From Bacilli bacterium (lineage in GTDB: Bacteria; Bacillota_I; Bacilli_A; RF39; UBA660): DNA of 64,000 bases. The first letter of the stretch is position 1. Every line of letters begins with the position of its first letter. Of this stretch, positions 48,368 to 58,855 are shown piece after piece. The translations under genes were made by a program, and so were the position numbers. The notes beneath the pieces are model-generated. The model was not told the origin of the DNA. It saw nothing but the letters and a program-made list of their open reading frames with translations, and did not search any database. The DNA is taken from contig JAFWKJ010000007.1 of the NCBI GenBank assembly GCA_017511375.1, forward strand, positions 36,748 through 100,747, given 5' to 3'.

Positions 48368-49675
48368 CTATACTAGCTCCGATAAAATCTTATCTAGTTC
48401 TTCTACCTCTTCTGCCGTTGTTTCTTCAATCTTTTGTTCTTTTTCAAACCAGGCTGGTAAAGAACTTTCTTTTTCCTTTTTCTCAACGGGATGAGAAACC
48501 GATAATTGCTTTTTCATTTTCTTGTGATACTTTTCCGCAATTCTCATAGCCTCTTCCACCGTTTCAACATGAGATCTCTTCCATTGCCCTGCGATTGTTT
48601 CCACATAGCTCTTCTTTAATTGTTCATGATTTGTTTTTAAAACATAACTAATTAGGACATTCACAACCCCAGGATTTAACTTTTGATCAATCAGCAATCC
48701 TTCTACTAATCTTTTATCTCGATCTGTCGGTTCTGCTCCACCGGATTTCGCTTTTAACAGTTGATACGGTGTAATATTTTCAAAAGTATAAACCATCTTC
48801 GCCCATTTCGATTGATCCCCTTTTGGTTTCTTTAAAAAATCAGGTTGTTTATTATAGATGACAGATGGTAAATTTCCCCCATTTTCAAATTGATAATAAT
48901 CTCGACAATTTTTTCGTAACAGCATCTTATCAATTTGTCCTTTCTCATTGATAGAACTTCTAATAATCCCCTGCATCTCCAAAGTTCCTATTCCATAGAT
49001 ATAAGAAAGAGAATTAATAAGATTTTTAATTTCTTCGTTAAAGCTCTTTTCATGGATCTGGTCACTAGGAATTCCCGAAAGAATCAAAGAAAAATCCACA
49101 CCCTTATGAATCGCAAGATTATTAGAATCTCTCTTTGTAATATCTTCTTCCATCTCCATAACAGTCCCACGAGTCATCTTAAAGACATCGTCAAAAGAAG
49201 AAGTAATATCCTCAAATTCCTTTAGATTCACATGAGGCATTTTAAAACAATTCAGTAATTTTTCATATTCTTTCTTTCCAATGTTATTATATAAAACAAT
49301 GTTTAAAACTGGATGATTGAAAAACTCAGACACCTGAAGTGGTGAGTAAAGGCAATAAACATATTGATTAATATTATCTTTTTTCATATAAGTTTTCATC
49401 AAACCAATTGCTTCAAGTTTTTCTCTAGCAATCACAATATCCTCTAATTTTAACTGCATAGTAGACATCAAATGATGATGCGTAAAATCTTCACTAATAA
49501 GGTTTTGTTCTCCCAAACTATCGAATAATGTGTAATATAAAGATATAGCTGTATAACCAATAATAGGTTGATATAACATAGATACTATTTTTTTATCTTG
49601 ATCTGTAATAACACTTCTATTAATAACTACATATGTATCTGCTGGAACAATCGTTATATTTCGCATAATCCTCAC
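48368..49675 (-). CDS. replication initiation/membrane attachment protein (Bacillus DnaB/DnaD-like)
   Basis: The N-terminal MLYQPIIGYTAISLYYTL block and the C-terminal DnaB_2-like region (VNVLISYVL...SYVETIAGQWKR). Confidence 0.7.
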   Translation of the reverse strand: MRIMRNITIVPADTYVVINRSVITDQDKKIVSMLYQPIIGYTAISLYYTLFDSLGEQNLISEDFTHHHLMSTMQLKLEDIVIAREKLEAIGLMKTYMKKDNINQYVYCLYSPLQVSEFFNHPVLNIVLYNNIGKKEYEKLLNCFKMPHVNLKEFEDITSSFDDVFKMTRGTVMEMEEDITKRDSNNLAIHKGVDFSLILSGIPSDQIHEKSFNEEIKNLINSLSYIYGIGTLEMQGIIRSSINEKGQIDKMLLRKNCRDYYQFENGGNLPSVIYNKQPDFLKKPKGDQSKWAKMVYTFENITPYQLLKAKSGGAEPTDRDKRLVEGLLIDQKLNPGVVNVLISYVLKTNHEQLKKSYVETIAGQWKRSHVETVEEAMRIAEKYHKKMKKQLSVSHPVEKKEKESSLPAWFEKEQKIEETTAEEVEELDKILSELV

Positions 49676-49723
49676 CTATTTCTATAGTACAATATTTAAA
49701 AAAAAAAAGAAAGAAGTTCTTTC

Positions 49724-50491
49724 TTAAAAAGATCTAATAAACTGAATAATCGTCAGCATATCTATTTTTGTAAAATAAACAAATAGAAAAGCTGTAATTA
49801 GGAAAGGCCCAAAAGGAACCAAATGTTGTTTCTTTTTCCATAAGATAATAAGAGAAATTGGCAAAGCCAAGAAACTAGCAATAAAGATAACAACAAGCCC
49901 TAAGAAAGGATGAAGAATAAGTCCCACAACAAACATTAACTTAATATCTCCCCCACCCAAGGTTTCTTTTTTAAAGACAGCATTTCCAAGCAACATGATT
50001 AAATACATGAAGCCAAATAACGTAAGTCCTGAAAGCAAGTGAAATAAGGACATCATAACCCCTTCTGATAAAGTACTTATAATTAGGAAATAACCCGTAA
50101 AGAAAATAAGAATCTCATCCGGAATCACAAAATAAGTAATATCAGAAACAGAAATAATCGTTAACATAGAGACAATTCCTAGAGCCGTAAATAATTCAAA
50201 AGAAAATCCAAATCGATAATAAGCTAAAGAAAAAAGTACTCCTGTAAAAAACTCCATATAAGTAGATAGTCCATCAATTCTTTTTTTACAATATCTACAT
50301 TTTTTACCAAGAAGAAAATAAGAAACAATAGGAACCATATCTAATAAAGATAATACATGATCACAAGAATCACAATGACTTCTAGAGTTAATAAACTTTT
50401 CTTTCTTTGGTAAACGTAATCCAACCACTGTATAGAAAGAACCCATACAGGCTCCTAAAAAAAAGAAGATAATGATATAAAAGATTTCCAT
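49724..50491 (-). CDS. pilD: prepilin peptidase (A24 family, PilD/ComC)
   Basis: CDSCDH...CRYCKK zinc-finger-like pairs, GGGDIKL and multiple TM helices. The ATG at 50491 follows GGGGAGG (track start 50554). Confidence 0.85.
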   Translation of the reverse strand: MEIFYIIIFFFLGACMGSFYTVVGLRLPKKEKFINSRSHCDSCDHVLSLLDMVPIVSYFLLGKKCRYCKKRIDGLSTYMEFFTGVLFSLAYYRFGFSFELFTALGIVSMLTIISVSDITYFVIPDEILIFFTGYFLIISTLSEGVMMSLFHLLSGLTLFGFMYLIMLLGNAVFKKETLGGGDIKLMFVVGLILHPFLGLVVIFIASFLALPISLIILWKKKQHLVPFGPFLITAFLFVYFTKIDMLTIIQFIRSF

Positions 50492-50507
50492 ATACTCATT
50501 ACCTCCC

Positions 50508-52214
50508 CTATTTAATCTGACTATAGATTGAGAACATTGGTTGAATAATAGCAACTAAGATAATACCAACAACAACTGCTAAGAAACAAATCATAATTGG
50601 TTCAACCAAACTTTTCATTTGATCAATGACGTTCTTATGTAACATTTGGAAATGGTTGGCAACTTTTTCCATCATAGCACCCAATTGACCAGTAGATTCA
50701 CCTGTTACAATCATTTCATAAGCAACAATTGGAATAGCCCACTGTCCCTTAAAGGAAGAGGAAATAGAATCACCCTTCGACAAATGCTCCAGTGTATCAT
50801 TAATAATACTCTTATAGATTTCATTATTGGTAATCTTAGAAAGAATTTCCATGGAATCTGTAATAAATACACTGTGGTTTAACAAGGATGCAAATGTCTT
50901 CGCAAAATTAGCCATCTCATTATATATAATAATGTTTCCAACAACAGGCATATGCATCAGTGTAACCTGAATAAACCTTCGGAAACCGAGGATATTAATA
51001 TAGCAAATTGCGAAAGTGGCAACAACAACAACCGCAATAATGATTAAAACATACCATTTTTCTCGAATAAATGCACTAATGTGAACAATGGCCTCTGTTA
51101 AAGCAGGAAGTTGAGCACCTTGCTCCTCAAACATTGCTGTAAACTGAGGAACCAAATAGGTTAACATGAATATCAAAACACCAAAAGCAATCGTCAATAC
51201 AACCGCAGGATATGTCATAGCAGATTTCATCTGTTTTTTTGTTTGATCCATAGATGTATAATATTCAGCCATATCATCTAAGATAGCAGGCAAATCACCC
51301 GTCATTTCAGCTGTTTTTACCATATTAACTAAGAGTTTAGGGAAAACAGTGTCTTGTAATTCCATAGCTCCTGATAAACTTTCACCTTTTAACAACTCAT
51401 AAACCAATTGATTAAAATGATGCTTCAAATTAGCTTTATTAGATTGTTTAGCCAAGATACGAACCGCATCAGAAAGAGCAATACCAGATTTCAAATAAGT
51501 AGATAACTGCGTTAAGCAGAAAGATAAATCTCCTGCACTTATTTTTCCATTTCCACCAATATCAATATCCGTAGAAGATCTCTCTTTTACTTCCAAGATT
51601 TGATAATCTTGTGAAAGTAAAAAGTTTCGAACATCTTCTTCTGTTTCTGCTTCAAAAGGACCTTTTTCCTTTTTACCCATACTATTAATAATAGTATACA
51701 TGAAACGTTTCGTTTCTCTTCTAACTTTTTCTTTTCCTTCAGCAATAACAGATGCTTCTTCTGGAAGTTGAACAGCACTTCCATCAGGATTTCCTCCTGG
51801 AATTGCATTATTATAGTCTGATTGAGCACCCGCAATAGGAAGACCCGTAACGGGATCTACAGCTGATTGGTCCATAACAGCCCCTGCTGCTCCAGCAATA
51901 GGTAATCCTGTTACAGGATCCACTGCCATTTGTTCTCCCCCAACAACTTGTCCCATAGCAGCAGGATCTACTGCCATAGCCGGTTCGGCAACAGGTAGTC
52001 CTGTAACGGGGTCTACAGCCGCTTGCTCTGTCATAGCAGCCCCCGTCACCGGATCAAAAGTAACAAGTGGAGGTTGATCAACAGGTTGAACAGGCTCCGG
52101 TGCAACTACTTGTTGACTCTCAATTAAATTTTGAACAGGAGGTTCTTCAATCAAAGATTGACTTTGCTCCTCATATCCAGGATTACTAACTTGAAACGCT
52201 GGATTTATATCCAA
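50508..52214 (-). CDS. pilC: type IV pilus/T2SS platform protein (GspF/PilC family) with a repeat-rich N-terminal extension
   Basis: Two GspF-type repeats run from about aa 170 onward. The track start is a TTG without an RBS, so the true 5' end is unresolved (see findings). Confidence 0.8.
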   Translation of the reverse strand: MDINPAFQVSNPGYEEQSQSLIEEPPVQNLIESQQVVAPEPVQPVDQPPLVTFDPVTGAAMTEQAAVDPVTGLPVAEPAMAVDPAAMGQVVGGEQMAVDPVTGLPIAGAAGAVMDQSAVDPVTGLPIAGAQSDYNNAIPGGNPDGSAVQLPEEASVIAEGKEKVRRETKRFMYTIINSMGKKEKGPFEAETEEDVRNFLLSQDYQILEVKERSSTDIDIGGNGKISAGDLSFCLTQLSTYLKSGIALSDAVRILAKQSNKANLKHHFNQLVYELLKGESLSGAMELQDTVFPKLLVNMVKTAEMTGDLPAILDDMAEYYTSMDQTKKQMKSAMTYPAVVLTIAFGVLIFMLTYLVPQFTAMFEEQGAQLPALTEAIVHISAFIREKWYVLIIIAVVVVATFAICYINILGFRRFIQVTLMHMPVVGNIIIYNEMANFAKTFASLLNHSVFITDSMEILSKITNNEIYKSIINDTLEHLSKGDSISSSFKGQWAIPIVAYEMIVTGESTGQLGAMMEKVANHFQMLHKNVIDQMKSLVEPIMICFLAVVVGIILVAIIQPMFSIYSQIK

Positions 52215-52321
52215 AGGGGTTGAATCTTCTGGGTCATTTTTCTCTTCATTTTCTTCTTTTTCTTTGTCATTTCTTTCGATTCGGTCATTTGCATATCACC
52301 ATTACCACTACCAAATGCCAC
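52205..52321 (-). CDS. 38-codon upstream ORF with a strong RBS; may be the displaced 5' end of pilC
   Basis: GAGAGGAGGGG lies 5 nt before the GTG at 52321. The translation is VAFGSGNGDMQMTESKEMTKKKKKMKRKMTQKIQPLWI. Its TAA stop at 52207-52205 overlaps the pilC TTG region in another frame. Confidence 0.35.
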   Translation of the reverse strand: MAFGSGNGDMQMTESKEMTKKKKKMKRKMTQKIQPLWI

Positions 52322-52440
52322 AAAAACCCCTCCTCTCTCTAGTATCCTACTATCTTATTCTAGCACAGTTCAAATTAATTGAAAATACTAATTTAAACTT
52401 TTTATAAATTTTTACATATATTAAAATAAGAGGTGTTCTT

Positions 52441-52680
52441 ATGTTTCCAAATATAAATGGTCCCATGATGAAAGGGGGCCTATCATTCTTAAAAAATATT
52501 GATTTTGCTGGATTATTGGATGGTGCAAGTAAGACTCTAGGTGTCGTGAATCAAGCAATACCCGTATACAATCAAGTAAAACCAATCATCTCAAATCTAA
52601 AAGTATTAAAAAATATTCAAGAATCTATGAAAGAAGAACCAACAACCGAAAATCATAATAGTTCTATTTTTTATATTTAA
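52441..52680 (+). CDS. small protein, YqfQ/VrrA-like
   Basis: AGAGGTG RBS. The LDGASKTLGVVNQAIPVYNQVKPIISNLK block resembles the B. subtilis YqfQ C-terminal motif, from memory. Confidence 0.45.
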   Translation: MFPNINGPMMKGGLSFLKNIDFAGLLDGASKTLGVVNQAIPVYNQVKPIISNLKVLKNIQESMKEEPTTENHNSSIFYI

Positions 52681-52695
52681 AAAAAAACAAGTAAA

Positions 52696-53469
52696 TTACT
52701 TGTTTTCTTCATTTTCATAATAATAATTATCTCGACTGTAGAAATAATACATTAATGTTTTTTTATTATATTTAAAAGTATAAGCAAGATGTTCAACTTT
52801 GTCTCCATCGGAAGAAGAAATTTTCTCCTCGTCATAAATAATAATATCATCCCCTACTTTTTCAGCTTTTATAATTTTAAACGAATCAGGAGTACGAGAA
52901 GACATAGTACAAACATTCTCTAAAAAGTATTCATCATAGGTATTACTAGAAGAATTATAGTGATATAACAAACAGAAGAAGTCCGTCGGATAAATATCTT
53001 CATTAGTAGAAAAAGAATCCATTTTTCCAAATAATTCTTCATACACATCTTTTACAACATCTGCTTTTAAAGATGTAGAACCAAGCTTATAGGTATACTC
53101 CCCTAGCACTAATTCTTTCTGAGCATTTTCAGGAGCATCCATCATGGCAGAAAGTGGAAGATTTGCATATACAAAATTCATTTTCGCATTTTCTTTCATT
53201 TCACTTACAAAAACACCATTATAATATGGAAGAGTATTATAAGTGTTATATGGATTCACCATTCTATAAAGCTTTTTAACAAGAAGAGAATCCACATCTA
53301 ACGCAACAGATTCTTTATTATCTTCATTTTTTTCACCAACCATTGGTATCATAATATCTTTTTTGGAAGCAAAAGTTCCGAGAAAAAACCCCAAACATGT
53401 AAACATCACACATAATAATAAAACAAGAATTACAATTCCTCTTTTTTTATTTTTTTTCTTTTCGCCCAT
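52696..53469 (-). CDS. hypothetical membrane-anchored protein
   Basis: Basic N-terminus, one TM helix and a soluble domain. No motif recognised. Confidence 0.55.
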   Translation of the reverse strand: MGEKKKNKKRGIVILVLLLCVMFTCLGFFLGTFASKKDIMIPMVGEKNEDNKESVALDVDSLLVKKLYRMVNPYNTYNTLPYYNGVFVSEMKENAKMNFVYANLPLSAMMDAPENAQKELVLGEYTYKLGSTSLKADVVKDVYEELFGKMDSFSTNEDIYPTDFFCLLYHYNSSSNTYDEYFLENVCTMSSRTPDSFKIIKAEKVGDDIIIYDEEKISSSDGDKVEHLAYTFKYNKKTLMYYFYSRDNYYYENEENK

Positions 53470-53560
53470 ATTATCTACCTCTCTTTCAGTTTACATTATA
53501 TAATGATACACATTATTTTTCAATAAAGGTATTAAAAAAACAGGTATTTAACGTAAACAC

Positions 53561-54685
<1,125 letters not shown>

Positions 54686-54737
54686 TCAATTCTTCCTTAT
54701 TATATCGAAATTTATTTTTAATAACAAGAAAAAAGAG

Positions 54738-55715
54738 TTATCGTACTCTTCTTTTTACATCTTGATTAATAACTTGTAAAACCTTTCCTTTGATAGAAGG
54801 TAAATTTTTTCTTCTCACGTAGAAGATATCTCCCTCTTTTCTACCATAGACAGCATTTCCTAAAATGGTAATTCTTTCTACATAATCTCCTTCAAGTTCT
54901 GTAGAAACAGCTTTATTGATTAATTCAAAGCGATAAGTAGAAGGTGTCTCTCCGTCCATCAACATGATTTCAACGTGGGATCCAACTTGAATTTGTTCTC
55001 CTACCGGTGCAGGCAAAACAGGAGATTCCTCCAACGTCTTTATAATCTCATTACATCTACGTACATTTTTTCCTCTTAAATGAGATAATTCTTCTTTTAA
55101 TAATTCTTCTTGACTTTGAGAAACACTTTGTCTTCTACGATACTCTACAGGATCTTCTTCTTTTAATCTTTTTAATTCTGCTTGAACAGGATGACATATT
55201 CTCTTTGAATAATTCTTTTCACGAATAAAGTGAAGATAGTTCTCCTGTATTTGATCAATAGACTTAATAGAAACATGAAGGGTTCTACCTGTAGCAGCCA
55301 CTTTATAAGATACTTCCTCTCCTTCTTTTTTTCCAAGGACAGCTTTTCCAAAATCACTGTCAGAAGAAACAAACATTAAAGGAGTAGCAATTGGTTCATT
55401 CGCATCTACAATCATGGTTCTTTCAACGTCCCCATCTCCAAAGTCTACATAAAAAGCCGTTCCAATATCAATCATTTCAAAATTTCTTTCCGTTTGAAAA
55501 TCAGAATCATGTAAAGTTCTCTCAATCGTATCTAATTCTGTTTTATGATTACTATTACGAATATCATATTGATTATCAGGATAATGGGCCCATCCAATTT
55601 TTTCTACTCCTGCTGATTCTCTTGTGGAACAATAATCCGTATAAGCACCGATTAATTCTAATAATTCTTGTCTTCTTTTTCTTAAATATTGTATTTGTTC
55701 TGTAACTAATTTCAT
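54738..55715 (-). CDS. protein with two GreA/GreB C-terminal-like domains
   Basis: Two copies of the GreA-C signature are present: VSSDSDFGKAVLGKKEGEEVSY and ITILGNAVYGRKEGDIFYV. Each follows a short beta-rich segment, and the two are joined by a charged helical linker. Confidence 0.55.
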   Translation of the reverse strand: MKLVTEQIQYLRKRRQELLELIGAYTDYCSTRESAGVEKIGWAHYPDNQYDIRNSNHKTELDTIERTLHDSDFQTERNFEMIDIGTAFYVDFGDGDVERTMIVDANEPIATPLMFVSSDSDFGKAVLGKKEGEEVSYKVAATGRTLHVSIKSIDQIQENYLHFIREKNYSKRICHPVQAELKRLKEEDPVEYRRRQSVSQSQEELLKEELSHLRGKNVRRCNEIIKTLEESPVLPAPVGEQIQVGSHVEIMLMDGETPSTYRFELINKAVSTELEGDYVERITILGNAVYGRKEGDIFYVRRKNLPSIKGKVLQVINQDVKRRVR

Positions 55716-55797
55716 TCTAGTTCCTCCTAAGGGTACGTTTTATGATAGCAAAAATCACTACTTATGTCAATTAAAAGAAATATAAAAATAATTTATA

Positions 55798-56823
55798 TCA
55801 CTTAATAAACATAGCATCTCCAAAAGAGAAAAAGCGATATTTTTCTAAGATTGCTATTTGATAGGCATTTAAAATAAATTCTCTGCTAGCAAAGGCAGAA
55901 ACCAACATAACAAGAGTGGACTTTGGAAGGTGAAAATTAGTAATTAAACAATCAATTGCTTTCCACTCATATCCAGGATAAATAAAAATATTTGTCCAAC
56001 CACTACATTCTTGAAATTTTCCATATTTAGAAGCAATTGTTTCCAAGGTTCGCGTAGAAGTGGTCCCAACTGCAATAATTCTTTTTTTATTTTTTTTCGT
56101 TTCATTTAGAAGTTCAGCCACTTCACGACTCATTGTATAAAACTCTTGATGCATCTCATGATCTTCTACTCTTTCAACACTAACAGGTCTAAAAGTGCCA
56201 AGTCCCACATGAAGCGTTACATAGGCAAGATGAACTCCTTTGTCTTCAATTTTTTTTAATAATTCTTTCGTAAAATGAAGGCCTGCCGTAGGAGCCGCAG
56301 CACTTCCTACTTCTTTCGCATAAACCGTTTGATAACGAGATTGATCCTTCAATTTCTCATGAATATAAGGAGGAAGAGGCATCGTTCCTAATTGATCTAA
56401 TATCTCCATCAAAATCCCCTCATAGATTAGTTGAAAATGACGAATTCCTTCTTCATAAACACCGATGCATTTTGCCTTTAATTGTCCATTCCCAAAAGAA
56501 ACAATAGTACCCTCCTTGATTCTTCTAGCTGGTTTTACTAAACATTCCCAATCATCTTCTTTGATATTTTTAAGTAATAAGATTTCAATCACAGCTTGTG
56601 TATCTTCTTTGATACCAATTAAACGAGCAGGTAATACTTTTGAATCATTTAATACAAGAGTATCTCCTTCTTCTAAATAATCAAGAATATCATAAAAATG
56701 TTTATGCTCCACTTCTCCCGTTTTTTTATCAAGCACTAACAATCTTGAAGCATCTCGTTTTTCCAAGGGAGTTTGCGCAATTAATTCCTCTGGTAATTGA
56801 TAATCAAAATCTTCCACTTTCAT
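55798..56823 (-). CDS. queA: S-adenosylmethionine:tRNA ribosyltransferase-isomerase
   Basis: [20 protein letters not shown]-terminus, PLPPYI and [12 protein letters not shown]. Confidence 0.9.
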   Translation of the reverse strand: MKVEDFDYQLPEELIAQTPLEKRDASRLLVLDKKTGEVEHKHFYDILDYLEEGDTLVLNDSKVLPARLIGIKEDTQAVIEILLLKNIKEDDWECLVKPARRIKEGTIVSFGNGQLKAKCIGVYEEGIRHFQLIYEGILMEILDQLGTMPLPPYIHEKLKDQSRYQTVYAKEVGSAAAPTAGLHFTKELLKKIEDKGVHLAYVTLHVGLGTFRPVSVERVEDHEMHQEFYTMSREVAELLNETKKNKKRIIAVGTTSTRTLETIASKYGKFQECSGWTNIFIYPGYEWKAIDCLITNFHLPKSTLVMLVSAFASREFILNAYQIAILEKYRFFSFGDAMFIK

Positions 56824-56881
56824 AGGATCCCCTCCACAACTAGATAATTATAGCACAAAAAAAGATGAAAAAAAAGAGAAA

Positions 56882-57880
56882 TTACTTTCTCTTTTCTACT
56901 CCTAAAATTTCATATGCCTTCTCCGTTACCACTCTACCTCGTGCTGTTCGTTTTAATAATCCAATTTGTAACAAATAAGGTTCATACACATCTTCTATTG
57001 TCGTCACTTCTTCTCCAATGGAACTACTTAAAGCTTCAATTCCAACAGGTCCCCCATTAAAACGATTAATGATAGCCAACAACAATTCACGATCAGTATT
57101 ATCTAGTCCTATTTTATCAACCTTTAATCGATCTAACGCTTTCTCGGTCACATCCAAAGTAATCGTATCGCATCCTTCTACCATGGCAAAATCCCGAACA
57201 CGTTTAAATAAACGATTAGCAATTCTTGGCGTTCCTCTACTTCTTGTAGCAAGTTCAACAGCCGCCTCATCTTCAATTGGCATCTCAAGCACACGAGATG
57301 TTCTTTTTACGATATCCGTTAACTCTTCCATAGAATAAAATTGCAATTTAGAAACAATTCCAAAACGATCTCGAAGAGGTGCAGATAAATCTCCTGCACG
57401 TGTCGTAGCCCCCACTAAAGTAAATGGCGGAAGATCAATTTTAATATTTCTACTATTTCCTTCAGAACCTACAATAATATCTAAAGAATAATCCTCCATA
57501 GCTGGATACAAGATTTCTTCAATCGTTCTTGGCATTCTATGAATTTCATCAATAAACAACACATCTCCTGGTTCCAAAGAAGAAAGAATCGCTGCCAAGT
57601 CTCCGCTTTTCTCAATACTAGGTCCAGAAGCAGTTTTTATATTGGTTCCCAACTCATGAGCAATAATAAAAGCAAGCGTTGTTTTTCCAAGACCAGGAGG
57701 GCCATATAATAAAACATGGTCTAGTGGTTCTTTTCTCATTTTAGCAGCATCTACAAACACTCTAATATTTTCTTTGACATCGGTTTGACCAATATATTCA
57801 TCAATGGTTTCAGGACGAATTGTATTATCTAATGTTTGATCATCTATTAATTCATAATTAGTAATAATACTTTCCTTCAT
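56882..57880 (-). CDS. ruvB: Holliday junction branch migration helicase RuvB
   Basis: [12 protein letters not shown], Walker [17 protein letters not shown] and GTPRIANRL. Confidence 0.92.
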   Translation of the reverse strand: MKESIITNYELIDDQTLDNTIRPETIDEYIGQTDVKENIRVFVDAAKMRKEPLDHVLLYGPPGLGKTTLAFIIAHELGTNIKTASGPSIEKSGDLAAILSSLEPGDVLFIDEIHRMPRTIEEILYPAMEDYSLDIIVGSEGNSRNIKIDLPPFTLVGATTRAGDLSAPLRDRFGIVSKLQFYSMEELTDIVKRTSRVLEMPIEDEAAVELATRSRGTPRIANRLFKRVRDFAMVEGCDTITLDVTEKALDRLKVDKIGLDNTDRELLLAIINRFNGGPVGIEALSSSIGEEVTTIEDVYEPYLLQIGLLKRTARGRVVTEKAYEILGVEKRK

Positions 57881-57892
57881 ATCAGTACCCCC

Positions 57893-58456
57893 CTATCTTA
57901 ATAGTAATTTTAAGGCATCCTTAATTTGTTCTTCAATCGATAAAGAAGTATCCACTTTCGCAAGAACAGGAACAATTTCCTTTTCTTTATATCCCAACGC
58001 AACAAGAGCTTCTCTTAATTCATTTTCTACTTTCACCTCTTCATCACTTAGTCCTACACCAATGAATTCTAATTTACCTTTCAAATCCAAAACAATTTGT
58101 CTCGCAAGTTTATCTCCAATTTTAGGGAACTTCTTTAAATATAAAATGTTTTCTCTCTCAATCGCATCCATAATTCCATCAATAGACCCAACCGCCAAAA
58201 TAGGAAGAGCCATCTTACATCCAAGTCCTTTTACACTAATCAGTTTTAAAAAGAAATCTTTCTCTTCCAAAGTCTTAAATCCATATAAACTATTCTCATC
58301 TTCCATCACATGTTGATAAACATAAACTTTATACTCTTTATTTAATTCAAAAGAATATGGATTTGATACATAAATCAAATATCCAATCCCATGATTCTCT
58401 ACAACAATCGAATTATTACGAATAAAAGTAACAGTCCCAATTATATAATCGTACAT
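57893..58456 (-). CDS. ruvA: Holliday junction DNA-binding protein RuvA
   Basis: MYDYIIGTV start with an AGGAGA RBS 8 nt upstream (track start 58489 is probably too long). HhH region VKGLGCKMAL. Confidence 0.88.
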   Translation of the reverse strand: MYDYIIGTVTFIRNNSIVVENHGIGYLIYVSNPYSFELNKEYKVYVYQHVMEDENSLYGFKTLEEKDFFLKLISVKGLGCKMALPILAVGSIDGIMDAIERENILYLKKFPKIGDKLARQIVLDLKGKLEFIGVGLSDEEVKVENELREALVALGYKEKEIVPVLAKVDTSLSIEEQIKDALKLLLR

Positions 58457-58549
58457 ATTACCATCTCCTAACATGAATATATCATACATTTGTATTATCT
58501 ACAACCCATAAAAAAAGAATAGCAGATTATTAAATAGGAATTAATCTGT

Positions 58550-58789
58550 TTAATTATCATTTCGATATTCACTGATATCAACATAATCATCATAAGTACC
58601 TGGGTTTGTTCTAATACTTGGCCAAATCATCCAAAAAAATGACACCATAACAATAATGACAACTATCAAAACAATAAGGAGGATTTTAATCTCCTTCACA
58701 TCTTTCTCTGAATGATCAATGGATTCTAACGAATTAGATTTCTTATCGTTTAATACTTCTTTATCATCATTTGAAATATTTGAATTCAT
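58550..58789 (-). CDS. small single-pass membrane protein
   Basis: The ATG at 58789 follows GGAGGTG. One TM helix, ILLIVLIVVIIVMVSFFWMIW. Confidence 0.45.
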   Translation of the reverse strand: MNSNISNDDKEVLNDKKSNSLESIDHSEKDVKEIKILLIVLIVVIIVMVSFFWMIWPSIRTNPGTYDDYVDISEYRNDN

Positions 58790-58855
58790 ATTCACACCTC
58801 CACTATGCTTCATTATACCACATTTCTGTATTAAAAAAACTAGACATCATCTAGT

